Origin: Owenia fusiformis
Lineage: Eukaryota
DNA length: 64,000 nt
Direction: 5' to 3'
NCBI GenBank assembly: GCA_903813345.2
Contig: CAIIXF020000001.1
Location: forward strand, 34,162,001-34,226,000
In this document: positions 12,346 to 29,326 of the stretch, one piece after another
How the letters are laid out: each line of letters opens with the position of its first letter
Numbering within the stretch: the first letter of the stretch is position 1
Program-made: the position numbers and the translations under genes
The notes under the pieces: generated by a model
The model's database searches: none
Seen by the model: the letters and a program-made list of their open reading frames with translations, nothing else
Told to the model about the DNA's origin: nothing

Positions 12346-13917
12346 TGTATAGTGGAATATATAGTCAATTTACTATTTTTGCATTCCTAATAGAGACAAT
12401 ATTTAGGTTTACTACTCGAATTAGCATTTCTCCAAGAAAATTCAATTTTATTCCGTACTACATTCTGTCATATCCCTTCAGTTATATATTATTCACATAT
12501 TCATAAAAGTAAAGAATACCAAAAATGCATATTGTAATATATTCAAAACCTTTGCAAACACAATGATCAGTTTACTAAACAACACTATAAAATTGACATT
12601 GATACATACAATGTTATATGGAAACATATTTTTCAGTATCATCACCACAGGCTGTCATCAGCCATTTTGAACAATGGGGTATATCAGGTCGTTTTTACAA
12701 GTTTCAATGTTTCCACGCAATTTATTACTAAACTGAAAAGCAGATTAAATGAACCAGCACAAATACTGACATTGTAAATCATGCTCCTCGTAGAAATTCG
12801 TCTCACACCTTTTATGATCCAATATGATGTTACTGCAGAAGGCATGATCATTAGCTAATACATAGTATCTTTCTCTCACATCTGACAACTAAGAACATGT
12901 TCCTCTTTAGCAGCAGAAGATAATTCACTTGTGAGAGAATGCTGCATGCTAAATAGATACTGATGTTATATCACGTTTGAATTTTGAAAAAATGTCTTGA
13001 TGATCTTTGCATTTCATTGACATTAGGTGATACCAATCCCAATGATGGATATTGTTGGTACTATCCAGAATTATATTATACTGGTTGTTGTGTACTATAC
13101 TGGAATATCAGAAATGTATGTTGTGCCATTTTAACTTTTGTGGAGTTGTACCTTCCCCATTGTTGAAAATATATCATATGATTTATCAATTATCTGTAGA
13201 GATCCTGTTTGGATGTTATGCATCAATTGTATTTTCAAGGTTCTCTGTATATATTGTGTTCAACTGTTTCTTTTGAGCTTTTTATAACGTTCTTCTGGAT
13301 TTAGTACAGAAACTGCACACTGTTTTCTGTGTGATAGACGCCACTGTCTGAACCATTGACTAACAATTCTTTTTTGATAGGGAGATGATTGTGAGTGGTG
13401 ATTATTGGTTCTAGACCGTACTAGTTCAATTAAGTCAATCAAACCAGAAAAAGTAAAATTATCGTAACACTAGATTGGCTGGCAGAGCTCCAACCTGGCA
13501 CAATGACAAGTTGACGACAACTATTTATGTGGTGATCAACACTGATTGTATTGTTTGAACTAGTTAGGGGATGAAGAATATTATATTAATTAATTGTCTA
13601 ATTAGTGCCTTTTGACACCTCGTTCACCATGTTAAATCTCATAAATCTTTTGTTATATATAAGGGAGTATTTTGATATAGGTCTCTTGCCTGCTCGTTGC
13701 GTTTTCATTGTTGGAAAATATCGACTTCGATTCTGGGAGCCAATCCTCCTACGCTGATAATAATGAAAGTCAATTGTTTGTTTCTCTTAATTTTGAAAAG
13801 CACATATACTGCATTGTTATCCTAGGAAGGCTGTCTAGGGTTTTCTGATATCACTTGCACTTTCGTTCTGGAACTCCTGAAAACGTGTAAAAATCATTTC
13901 ATAAATCAATAGATATA

Positions 13918-14786
13918 CACTCCCCTCCATAAGTTTGTCAACCTTAGCTCCCCCATTGTACTACGTGATAAAGCCCCTTTACCTTTGATTTTTTTATTTA
14001 CTTAACCTGCGATGAAAATACTTATACTATTGATGGAAACGTATTTTGACTTTATTTCCAATACCTCTAATTTTCTCAATTTTTCCCCAAATTACAATAG
14101 GTCAAAATTGATGATTTTTTGAAAATCGACATTTCCATGTTAACCAATGGGAAATGGTAGGTTTGCTGCAAGTCATATGGCAGAATATCCCTCCATCAGA
14201 GTCCTTGCAAAAAATACAAGTTAGGTAGGCAATTGAATTTGCTAACTTTATGGAACAAAAAATTGTTAAGTTTTCTTAAGGTTCAACAAAGTTATAGGTC
14301 TTTAAAATCAAAATTGTTTTTCAGAAAACCTCTCCAATTGAAATAACACAGGAGGCAAAAAATGATTTTCAAAAACGACTTTGAAGCTCTGTAAATTTAG
14401 TATTTATCAAGTAAACTAAACACTAAGTGTACAAAAAAGTTAGACAATTCATGATCAATTTTTTATACAAAAATATTTCATGCCGAATCTTTCACTGAAT
14501 AGATATCCTGATTTCTGATTTACCCAGAACCCACCATTTCCCATTGGTTTACATGGGAATGACGATTTTCAAATATTCATCAAATTTTTCATCAATTTTA
14601 GACCTATTGTAATTGAGGGAAAAAAGTGGAAAAATTTGGAGGTACGGAAATATAGTCAATTTACGTTTCCATCAATAGTATACGTATTTTCATCGCAGGT
14701 TAAATAGATAAAAAGTCAAAGGTAAAGGGGCTTTAACACGTAGTTCAATGGTGGAGCTAAGGTTGCTAAACTTATGGAGGGGAGTG
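13918..14786. mobile_element. Tc1-like MITE with long TIRs
   Basis: TA TSD; cactcccctccataagtt...aacttatggaggggagtg; inverted arms over 200 bp. Confidence 0.9.
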
Positions 14787-15513
14787 TATGACAGTTAGCA
14801 TCATTGTATATGTGCGCAAGACTATAGTTCCGAATTCAACGACCCCATGTTGCTAAAGCAACCATATTAAGACTTAATATCAATGTTTGTATTGCTAAAG
14901 CAACCATATTAAGACTTAATATTAATGTTTGTATTGCTAAAGCAGCCATATTAAGACTTAATATTAATGTTTGATGTTTTTTTTAAAATTATTTTCAGCC
15001 ATTGTAGTTGTAGTTAACATTCATTTGTCTCTCAGTCAGTCAACAATAGAAGCACGATTTAAAACCTGGGTCAATAAGATTCCAGTTTTAAATTATTTGC
15101 ATTCCTTTTTAATACAGAACTCCCTCCTGTGAGCCCAGGTTCAAAAGCTTGCATATTTTCAAAGTAGATGCCATATCATTATCGGAAAATTCACTTTTTG
15201 TCAATTCAGTAGCTTTTTAACTGATTTCAAGTGTCCTGCATTGTAAAAACACATGTCACTATAAAGTTTATTGGGATAATTTTGTAAAAGAATTTGCAAA
15301 AAACGAATATCTGCTTTTGTTAGTGTCTGCCATTTTAGCCATCGTTCACTTTTCTCTTTCTGAACAACACCACGTGAGCCCAGAACCCACTGTGCTATTT
15401 AGTATTTACGTCAAAAACTTTTGAAGAGCGAATAATATATGAATACATGATCGGATCTTGGCTCAGCGGTATGTTGTCTCGACACGGGTGTCGAATAGTA
15501 TCGTGACCTGTAC

Positions 15514-16413
15514 CACCCTATGTAAAGTCTGTCACGTGAGTTTATGGATGATGTGTGGGCGAATGGTTCGCGAGTCTCTCCACTTCAGGTTTATAATGAT
15601 ACTTTTAACATAGTTTTAGACTTTGTATCTCTGTGAAACTTGTACCGTATCATTTATGTCTTAAGCCGACTTAATCCTCCAAATGTCTCATTCATGCGAT
15701 TCCCGGTTAAAGAGAAATTCGCACTTTTGTGTCTCGGAAAATGATGTGTGGGCGAATGAATCGAATTTCACGTGTGGGCGATTCTTACAATATTTTTCTG
15801 CAAGCTAAGTATTGAATTGTATTTTATTCCATGATCACGAAATTCCTTGCAATCTGATTGGTCCACGAGACTTAAATATATCTTGTATTTTCAATTAGCG
15901 TCTCCACTTAGCGTTGGATACATCTAATGAAAATGACGCAAGCGTTAGGATTAGGTCCAGAGGCCTCATCATCCGCTCGTCGCAACGCAGATTCGCAAGC
16001 ACACTGCAACGCAACGCAAGTATTGGCAAATCGCAATCAGGATTTGTATCATCCGCTCGGCGCAACGCAACGCAATCGCAAATTGGAAGATGTTTCAACA
16101 TGATAAGAACGTTGTTAGAATTTCACCATATTGAATGGCCTTTCATTATTTATACGATTTGAAATTCGAATTACTCGCCCACACATCATTTTCCGAGACA
16201 CAAAAGTGCGAATTTCTTTTTAACCGGGAATCGCATGAATGAGATATTTGGAGAATTAAATTGTCTTTAGACATTTATGGCACGGGACAAGTTTCACAGA
16301 GATACAAAGTCTAAAACTATATTAAAAGTATCATTATAAACCTGAAGTGGAAAGACTCGCGAACCATTCACCCACACATCCATAAAGTCACGTGACAGAC
16401 TATACATAGGGTG
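15514..16413. mobile_element. MITE with ~250-bp TIRs
   Basis: caccctatgta.agtctgtcacgtga... mirrored at the right end; ends ~100 bp from the TM-exon donor. Confidence 0.85.
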
Positions 16414-16519
16414 TGTATCGACTTTCAAAATGAATGGTCTAGTGAAAATGGAATGGTAAAATCGATGATATTACTTCTGAACCATTCTGTTGAAAATAGT
16501 AAGAACAAAATAAACGTAC

Positions 16520-16713
16520 CATGTAAGTCCTGTTATCAAAAGGGGAAGACGAAGAGACACCTTTATTAAGAGCAGCCATGTTACGTATGTCACCGCGGTT
16601 TCTAAAGTAGAGGAATCCCAATAGTGCACCAATGATTGCAACCACAACCACTGCTGTTATAAGACTAACTGCTATTATAACTGCCTGCTGGGGGCTATTA
16701 GAGGAGGAGACTT
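16520..16713 (-). CDS. MSP130-like exon: transmembrane helix and cytoplasmic tail (EVSSSNSPQQAVIIAVSLITAVVVVAIIGALLGFLYFRNRG...PFDNRTYM)
   Basis: gttgttccag acceptor in phase 1 matching the upstream donor, ATG|gtacgt donor; ~27-residue hydrophobic run followed by RNR. Confidence 0.8.
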
Positions 16714-18334
16714 CTGGAACAACAAGTTTGGCAAATTGTAACATGATTAAAGTCATTTTAAACATAGTTTACGAGAAACTACTGCAACACATGTTTTCTT
16801 ACGTCCAATCACAAGATAAACCAGGAGGTCTTTGATGAATTGCTTTACGAGGATATAATTCTGTCTTCCAACACTTCGATGAGTGTCGATCAGAAACACA
16901 AGCTACTGACGGACACTAAAATGTTGTGTGAGAATAAAAATATAATCTTATTATTAAAATCAATAAAGCAAAAAAGAATGATAATTATAGACATTAGATT
17001 AGTTATGGAAACGAGGGTCAAAAGAATGCCCCTGTTTGTTTCAGAAATTGAACACATCATTAGACAAGGACGACACAAAAGTGTACAACATGTCCCCAAC
17101 AATATAATTGTTTCATCCTTAATGCCAAACACTAATCAGTTAAAGAGAAAACATTTCAGAAAATCCAAAATGGCCGCCTTATCCTTAAACTATAATGCCC
17201 AAAAGCTCAGTTTGAGATTTTCGTACTAAGAATCATCCCTGACAATTTGAAATTGATCCGTGAAATGGTTTGCCTAAAAACTTGCAGACAAGACTTTACA
17301 GACAAGCTTTAAGGATGGAAAATCCAAAACGACTGTCTTTTTTACACGAAATATGGCAGTGAATATGCGATACATTGATTTCAGTAAATACCCGATACTC
17401 ACCTGCGGAATATGTCATACTCACTTGCGGAATATACCGTATACCGCAGGTGAATATGACATATAGCGCAGGTGAAAACGTGATACAGAAAGCCTTGATT
17501 TGATTGGTTGCGATAATCGACTACGCTGGATTATCAATATAGTTAGTACGTCGAGTACTAATATATGAATCCTGGATTGACTGAATAAGTGTATTACGTG
17601 AGATTGGTGAGTGATACTTCTGCATAAGTTAATATATTCGATACACTGTACTGTTGATTCAGTTATCGTTATAATAATTTATAAAGTTTTACTTGTTCGT
17701 TTAATCGATGCAATTGCCAATTGCGTACTTCCGTATCACGTTCTCATTGGTAAGTGTGTATGCCATATACCGCAGGTGAATCTGTCATACACTGCAAGTG
17801 AATATGCCGTATTCGTTGCGGAATATGACATATTTTTGTATCGTGTTTACCGCGTAACAGTCTTAACATTTTCCTGCAGAATCCCTAAAAACTAATCAGG
17901 TCAAGATTTTTATACAAAGAATCATCCCTGAGAGGGCCGCGAGTTGTACAAAGAATGATTGGGGGCGTTATTTTCACGCATCTCGCTTATGCTTTTCATC
18001 TAAAAACATGGTATGAATACACACTAAAGTTGTACTAAAACCAATTGAAGAATCTCTTATTATTTTATTTTCAGCACAAATAGCATCCTTTTTGTTATTT
18101 TGACTACAAAGCTTGTGATATTTACCCGCACAGCACGATTTATTAAGATAAGGCTGTCAACCTCTGAAATTTTGTTATTTTTGACCACTTTTTGAGGTCA
18201 CCTGACCATGACGAACCTTGTGCCAAGTTATTCTGGCGCTAAATCGTTGTTGTTGCAAACTACTACGAAGGCTGAACCAAAGCAGAAATATATATTAGTT
18301 CCATATTCGCACACATTCCAATAACCACATAAAT

Positions 18335-18485
18335 AGAGGATATCCTATGATTTTTGAGGGATACCATTTTTATCCATGAGTGGATATCGCCCATCTCCAC
18401 GAGTGAGCGAAGCGAATGAGTGGAGATGGGCGATATCCAAGAGTGGATAAAAATGATAGACGAGAAAATCATAGGATATCATATT
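18335..18485. repeat. palindromic hairpin element with central GCGAAGC
   Basis: ~65-bp inverted arms around GCGAAGC at 18407-18413. Confidence 0.85.
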
Positions 18486-18914
18486 AATCCGATGGTCGCT
18501 ATTTTATATGGACTCCAAATAAATAAACCTAAAATTTGTTGTTTTCTTATTCTTTAGTAACTATAATATTAACCAATCAGACGGCAGAAGTTATATATCT
18601 ATATGTTTTAACTTAGAAATGTACAAGGTATATTCTGATCAAATGGATGGTTGGACCAATATTTACAAAATGCCAGATACTTTTACCTTATTTATTGATC
18701 ACCCTGTACTCTAGACTATTTGGTTTCTCATACACTTATTTAATGTCATGGTGGAATCGTCATATGGATTAAACAGGAGCAAAGTAAAACCTGTCTTCTA
18801 GTGTCATATTCTGTATATTTTTAACGATCGGAAACGCTCTGTTTCTAACATTATCGGTTATGATTTTTCAATCAAAATTTATAAATCACGGGAAAACAAT
18901 AACAATGTGCTTAC

Positions 18915-19186
18915 CAATCCTATCTGTTATGGATGGCGTCCCTTGGGCAGTTTTTGTGGTAGTCATAGTCGCAGTAGTTGTTGACGTGAATGCACTCCTT
19001 GGGGTAGTGAATTCTGTTGTTACCGTGCTTTTGGTGGTAAGTGGGGGTTCTTTTGTCACAGTGAGGCATTTTGGATTGGTTGGCTCTGGTAATCCCGTGA
19101 CCTCATATAAGGACATTGTTCCACTGACGCTCCCAATCACCAATAATAGTGGCTTACAGTTAGGACTCTGATCATATGGAATATAT
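18915..19186 (-). CDS. MSP130-like exon: end of conserved domain (YIPYDQSPNCKPLLLVIGSVSGTMSLYEV) plus Thr-rich stalk
   Basis: gactttag acceptor (phase 2), G|gtaagc donor; SP...PLL.V...VSGT.SLY motif followed by a Thr/Pro-rich segment. Confidence 0.92.
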
Positions 19187-20154
19187 CTAAAGTCAAAGTC
19201 AAAGCATTAGAAATTAGCATTTTTTCTATAATTCGCAATAAGACTGAATTCATGAAAAACTGTATATTAGACTGGATGCATTAAGTACTTTAACTGTACA
19301 TTAGTCTTGATGTTGCAAATGGAATGCCTCTGTCCCAAATGCATTTGTGATTCAATAAGTTTTTCTTCAATTGATTGAATTTCTAAAGCTAGAAAACAAA
19401 GGGAAGGGGTGCGATAAAGGCCAAATACCCCCATGGTCACAATGAAATCTGATGTAACATGAAGATTACAATGTTAAATAATACTTTGGAAAATATCTAA
19501 GTGTTTGGACACACATGGGTTGAGATTGTGATCATTAAGTTCAGAATTGCTGAGGAGATTTGCTGCTGTTCAGTAATCAATCATAGAGGGAAGTGAACAG
19601 GTGAAATTATCATAATCTTTAGTTCACAATTTTAACATGTCTCTCATAAAAATATATAGATAGACAATACATTTTTACTTAATCTTCGGTGTCAGTTGAC
19701 GAATGTTGAAATTAAAAGCATTTGCTCTTATTCATTAAATCATTGACTTCACCGCCATAACTCAATCAACTAAACACAGTTACTTCTCATGTATTTCTGC
19801 AAGTAACATTAGATCGTATCTTGCACAATACGTATTAGACTTTATCTTATGACAAGTGACATGAGTGAGGTCTCAGGTACATAGCATCGGGATATAGAAT
19901 TGATAAATTGGAAGACTTGGAAGATTTCTTGAAAATAATGAGAATGAGAGAGCTTTAAAGAAAACAAACCTGGAAAAACCTGGATATTCCACCTCGGTAA
20001 GGTAATTATAATTATATCATATAATTATATGATGTATTTCCCGCAAGATACACCCCGTATCCAAAACCTCCCATAACTTAACCCTCATGCATTTATTTGT
20101 TCAACCATTTGTGAAAAGAGATTTAGTACATGTGTACATGGTTATGCAATTTTT

Positions 20155-21355
20155 TCAAAATATACAAATCGCGTAAAATTGCATTTTATTTCTTTTGTAT
20201 ATTTCTTTTTTAATGTCATTTGTAAACCATGGCTGATCATCAAATCTAGAAGAAATTATCTTATTTGGAATATAATCTTTCATGATTTGAAACAATGTTT
20301 TAATATAATTGTTAGTTGCATTATTTACTGTATCTGTATCAATAAAGTTCCAATTGATTTCTGATATCTTATTATTAATTAGTTCCAGATTAATATCATC
20401 ATAATACCATATTGTCTTTTTAATTGATGGTTCCCTGGGAATTTTCAGTCTAAATTTTGTAACTATTGAACAATGCAATGATCTGAGTTTCCAACAGGTT
20501 GATCCACATTGTAAGTTAGGAGGTGCTCGGAATCAGATATAAGTAGATCAATGCAGGATTTAGAATTATTATTAAGTCAATTAAGATATTACTAAGTTCA
20601 TATCCTGCAAGATTATTATTATCATCCTCATACCAGATATCATTACGAGCATTGAAGTCTTCGTTTATAATCATTCCATCACTAGGTTTAGTTAATACCT
20701 GTCCAAAGTTATCTTTCAATGAGTTAAAATATTGTCTTGTTTCATGAGCAGACATAGAGGGCGAACGGTAGAAGAACCCATACATTATTGACTTATGATT
20801 AGCCTTTATCTCAATCCAGCAGTTTGACATTTCATCAGACATATATTCATCACAGATTTTAGATTCAATTGTGTCATGTGTCCAAAGAATCAGTCCCCGT
20901 CCATTGTTTGTTGAAAATTTTGGTTTGCAATAGCCTAACAGATTAAAGTTCTTGGAGTTTGAGTCATTTGTAGAGATGTTTCCTGTTTCGCAAATTGCCA
21001 TAATATGAAACTGTTCGTTTTTAGCATACTGTTTAAGGAATTCTAATCTACCCATTGAATCAGCTTTGCTACTATTTATGTTACAAAAAAGTATTTCTAG
21101 ATCATCTACCGGTCCAGGATTAATTTCCACATCTCCACATAACATTAACAGAATTCTACTTATGTGACTTGGGTTATGTATGAGCAGTACCGAACCTGGG
21201 AGGCAACCTATTGACAGTACCAGTAGAAACAATTTAATAACGACTAGTGAAAAATTAGAATGCTGATGCATGACATATGATAGTACATAAAAACATGTCA
21301 TTGATACCAGACAAATATAAAATACTTGTTGGGCAAATATTATAATAAAAGACAA
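20155..21355 (-). pseudogene. 5' part of a CR1/L2-group LINE ORF (hydrophobic leader, 2A-like motif, APE endonuclease)
   Basis: LLMLCGDVEINPGP, AICET, GRGL, FYRSP, EDFNA, IWYYD, DDQPWFT motifs; frameshifted. Confidence 0.9.
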
Positions 21356-21554
21356 GAATGTAAAAACCAGTGTTCCATGTTTGGCACTGATACCTAACTG
21401 ATCGCAGTAAAGTAATTTGAATCATGGGAATGAAGTACTTTAAAGTTATTTATGAAAGTATCGATAGTGAACCATGGGAGCCAATCCTTCTTGGAGTAAA
21501 AGAAAGAAGCGTGCCTGCAATAATCAAGGTCACAAATTTGTCAAATTCCTTTTA

Positions 21555-21902
21555 AATACGGTTGATTTTGACAGCAAAAAACGGAGATTTTACGGGAGTT
21601 ATACTAAGAATACAGGAGATTTCACGGGAGTTATACTAAAAAACGGGAGATTTTACGGGAGTTATACCAAGAATACGGGAGATTTTACGGGAGTTATACC
21701 AGAATACGGGAGATTTTACGGGAGATTTCAGCAAAAATACGGGACATTTTACGGCCATATTTTTAAAAAAAATTACGGGAGATTTTAGTAGAAATACGGG
21801 AGTTTTTTACGGGAGAAAACGGTACGGGAGTTTGGTATTTTTTACGGAACAACAAAAAATTTACGGGAGATTCCCGTAAAAAATGGGAGGTTGGCAAGTC
21901 TG
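21555..21902. mobile_element. one end of a hAT-like non-autonomous element with subterminal ACGGGAG repeats
   Basis: many acgggag(a/t) units ending in gttggcaagtctg (minus strand CAGACTTGCCAAC terminus); other end not seen. Confidence 0.55.
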
Positions 21903-23527
21903 TATATGTGTACAATGCTAATACAAATTAATTGGTAAGTCGTATAGTTGGCATATTTTCTTGAATTTTAACATTTAATGTCCCAAACTCCTCCTAACTG
22001 CAGAAAAGTATACCCGGTAAATCATATTTACCAAAATGAGTGCCTCCAAGGCTTCATACCAGCGTATGCATACATGTATGTATTTGTCACGAGTTTGAGC
22101 TGAACAATCTCCGAGCCTTTCGTCCAGTGCAATCCGTACCTCCTGTGCCTTACCTCATGCAGTTCTTTAAATTCCCGCGAAATATACCCTTCTAAATATT
22201 TTGATCTCCTTCAAAAAAATATATTTCATTGCGTTTGCTACTGATTTTATTCGTTATACAATGTTTATTTCTAATGTAGTTAGAATTCATTCATAAGAAA
22301 AATATTTAGTAATTCGTAACAAACTGTTAAAAATAAGTGAATACTTAGGAGTTTGCAAGGACTTCCGACCAGAAATTGTTTATTAACACCGTTGCGATGC
22401 AGTTCGTTTTGAAGTGACGTCATCCCCATATTCGTAGTTTTCAACATCTAATAAACGAATACCACATGTCGATGTGATGTTTTAATCTATAAAATTGAAT
22501 TTCTTACATATTTCTCTATCCTGTTACTAAATAACAATTTATGATATTGGTGAACTCGCCAGGAATTAACATAATACTATTTGAAGCGTTTTCAGAAAAT
22601 TTTGACACCGCCATCTTGAAAACGTGTAGTAATGTGTTGAACCCAGTGATTATCGATCTTGACATTTTACAATTTGTTGCTCCGCGGAGATTTTTACCTA
22701 AAAACACATCAAATACAACATTGATTACCAATTTCGATGGTAAAATCATTTGTAAACGTTAAAATTTATGTTGAATTAAAGTTTTGGCGTTGTAAATTAG
22801 AGTATTACAGATCGTACTAATTTTTGAAGCTTTCTCAGATCGTGCCCCGGGAATTTTAGAACTATTTTAACAACGTCAGAGAGGTAGTGAAGGTACGCAA
22901 CGAACGAAATGAATTTTGAGAATGTGAGCTGAAATTTCGCTAAAATGAAGTAAGGGTTTGCCAGATTTGTTTATTGTGGTTAGCTTTTATGGTAAGTGCT
23001 CAGAAGCAAATAATTCATGTGCGCAAAATAATCAAATAATCTGATTGGTTTTAACTAATGTGCGCATGCGCACCATGTGTGCCATGTTTTTTTCTCGTGA
23101 TTTCGTTTCGTTCCATTAAGTTTGTGTTTCAGTGTAACTTCAGAAAAATGGCAGACCAATGAGAGAATTAACAGGTAAAATCACTTCGAAATTTAAAGAG
23201 AACTTTTTACCTATAGTAGCAAAACTTTTGTTTTATTTGTGCATTCTATCTATCAGATAAGAGTCTCATGGGTATATATGCAAATCAATTTGTTATTTAC
23301 TGTCAGTACTATGGCTATGCGTTAAATTTCGACGACCTTGAAAATGCTAAATTGTACACAAAAGTCTAGTACAACCGTGACAATATTAAAAACAACCAAT
23401 GTATTACCGTGGCAATGCTAAATACCAGCAATAAGTCTAGTGTGACCGTGGCAATGTCAAATACTAGCAAAAAGTTTAGTGTGATGGTAAAATGAAGGAT
23501 GCGATCTGGCATGAGCATAGGAATCTT

Positions 23528-26732
<3,205 letters not shown>

Positions 26733-28010
26733 AATGCAAAACTACTGACGAGTATGGTTAATCCGTGTGAAACAGGAAAATTGATACAACTGAATTCTTA
26801 CGGTTGTGTCAGAAAAATGGCACTCAGCGAAATAATACAATTATATAGTATAATGGGCCACTAATACGCAGTAGACGCTTGTACAAGATTTAGCATAGTC
26901 ACGGTTGTGTCAGAATATCTCCTGCAATAAGTGTTATGTGCTAGCTTAAATGATATTTGTTCAACATTGGCTTGGATATGTTTCATATGTTAAAACTACT
27001 AAAACTGCAACTATCATAACTGGACAACAGCAACGTCAAAGCGTAGCAAATCCCATCGAATAGCCATGGCTGGCATTTATATAAAGAAAGTACAAATGTA
27101 ATTCAGCGAAAATCGTAAAATAACACACAGACAGTGTGTCATGCTTCTGAGTATGTGCAATGAGGACCAAAACTCCATACCAGTTTTTAGTCAATAATCT
27201 AGTCATTATTAGATAACATGTAAATCATTTATCATCATTTATAGATGGAATTATTACTATTTATCAATCTATGCATTATTGTACTTTTAGATGAATTGTA
27301 GTTTTATTGTTGAATGTCATATCTACATATATATATAAACACTGTTATTAGTGATCTTTAAAGTCCAGTGTCTCATAAGCCGACATCGGTTTTTTTTTTT
27401 TTAGAATATGTATTTATTTGCAACAAATGTAAACAAGTGACACTATAATAAACTATTTTAATAATAACTAGACATGTAAATTGAACAAGTTCAATTTAAG
27501 ACTCCAGATTTCAGACTTTTTTTAAGCTGAGTCATCCGAATACTTGTAAGCTGAGTCATTCAGAATAAGCTGAGTCAGCTAGAATATAGACATTTAGACA
27601 ACTCTTTAGTATGTTATCTTCGACTCCATTAACTTAACATGGGGATATCATTATATGAACTTTTCGAGACTTCAAACCGCTAAAATATCTAACCAGAAGT
27701 TGCATCGAAATTTGGTTTAAAGATTCGGATTCCTGAGAAAATTCTACCCTTAAGTCATAACTCATACGTTAAATTTGGAGAACTTTTTATTTTGACCCAT
27801 TTTTCGGACACCATATCTCAAAAGTGGGTCAAAATACTTTCTGACGGCAAAAAGCTAACACATTAGCACACTCTTTGCTACCTGTATACACAAATTTTAA
27901 CCAAATCATTAAAGTGTATTGTCAGAATCGCAAAAATAAGGAAAAACTATGAATTTGACCTAGATTTTGACCTAGGCATTTTGGTGTTCAAATTTTAAAG
28001 CTAGGTAAAC

Positions 28011-28958
28011 ACAAAGTCATCTCAACCCAGTCCAACTCAACCCAAAGTCAACTCAACCCCAAGTCAACTCAACCCTGTAAAACTCAGCCCCAGTAAAACT
28101 CAACCCTATTCGTTTGTGCAATGTCTAATTTAATTCTTTTATGATGAATAATTTAAGTCATTCATTCCTGAAAATCTAGCATTTTGTATGATACTTTGAA
28201 TAGAAAGTTGTAAATGTATTAAAAAAACGGTTAAGTGCAAGGATAATTCATCAAGTTGTCACTATTATTTCATTTAAGACATCTTTTGAAATCAAATTTT
28301 AGATAATTTAGAAATAATTAACAATGTAATATAACTTTTATTTATATGAACATGCATTAACAAAATCATTAACATTTACTAATTGATAGATAGAAGGCAT
28401 ATAGCCGTAGCCAGGGGGGGGGGAGTGCGCACACATCCTCCTCCCAATTTTGAAGGAAGTTGCATCATTTTTTATCAAAACATATCTTTTTTGGCTCGCT
28501 TATGCCACGATCGGCACCCCCTGACTGAAAATCTGATTTTTTGGGGCCATCGCATCCCTCTTGACTGAAAGCTGGCTATGCCCCTGGAAAACAATGGTCA
28601 TGTTCCAGTTTTCCAAATAATCACGAGTGTCAACCTCATAGGGATTACAACAAAACAAATATATGAGCAAGATTAATAAAATGACCCATATTTTAATCCT
28701 ATTAGTACCATGTTGAGGTTTTGGAGATAAACTCATTATTTAGACTAAATAACTATAATCTAAAAAGGCAGTGGTCTAAGAATGAAAATCACAAACTGAA
28801 TTATGAGAATTATTTTTATGAATAAACTTTCTTATAAGTTTATCAATATATAGAAATATAGGGGTTGAGTTTTACTAGGGTTGAGTTTTACAGGGTTGAG
28901 TTGACTTGGGGTGGAGTTTTACTGGATTGAGTTGACTTGGGGTTGAGACGACCATGAA
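28011..28958. mobile_element. foldback-like MITE with tandem aactcaaccc subterminal repeats (contains a small nested MITE ~28398-28586)
   Basis: inverted arrays at 28017-28088 and 28860-28953; TSD unclear. Confidence 0.8.
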
Positions 28959-29326
28959 GCGCCTTCGAGGTCCCCTTCTTTTATAAGCGTTCAGAATGTT
29001 AAGCTGTACTCAGTCTATATCTCGTATTTTACACTTCAAAAAAATATTTTTTCTCATTGACATAGCATGGGGCACCAAATTTAGCGATTTTTGAACTTTC
29101 AAAACGCCATAACCTCCGAAAGGAAAGTTGGATTGAAATTTGGTTTGTAGATTCGGATTCCTTAGAAAATGCTACCCTTAATTCATAACTGATACGTTAA
29201 AGGAGAACTTTTTATTTTGACCTACATTTCGGACACGGCAAAAGGATAACACTATTAGCGCACTCTTTGCTACCTGTATACAAAATTTTGAAGCAAATTA
29301 TTGAAGTGTAGTGTCAGAATCATATA

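Noticed and set aside
12600..13450. short ORFs on both strands
   Set aside because: no recognisable motif or consistent splice structure
15225..15250. alternative terminal exon (tgcag|GAC ACT TGA)
   Set aside because: matches the HINE repeat unit (ttttacaatgcaggacac.tgaaat), so likely repeat-derived; exonisation cannot be fully excluded
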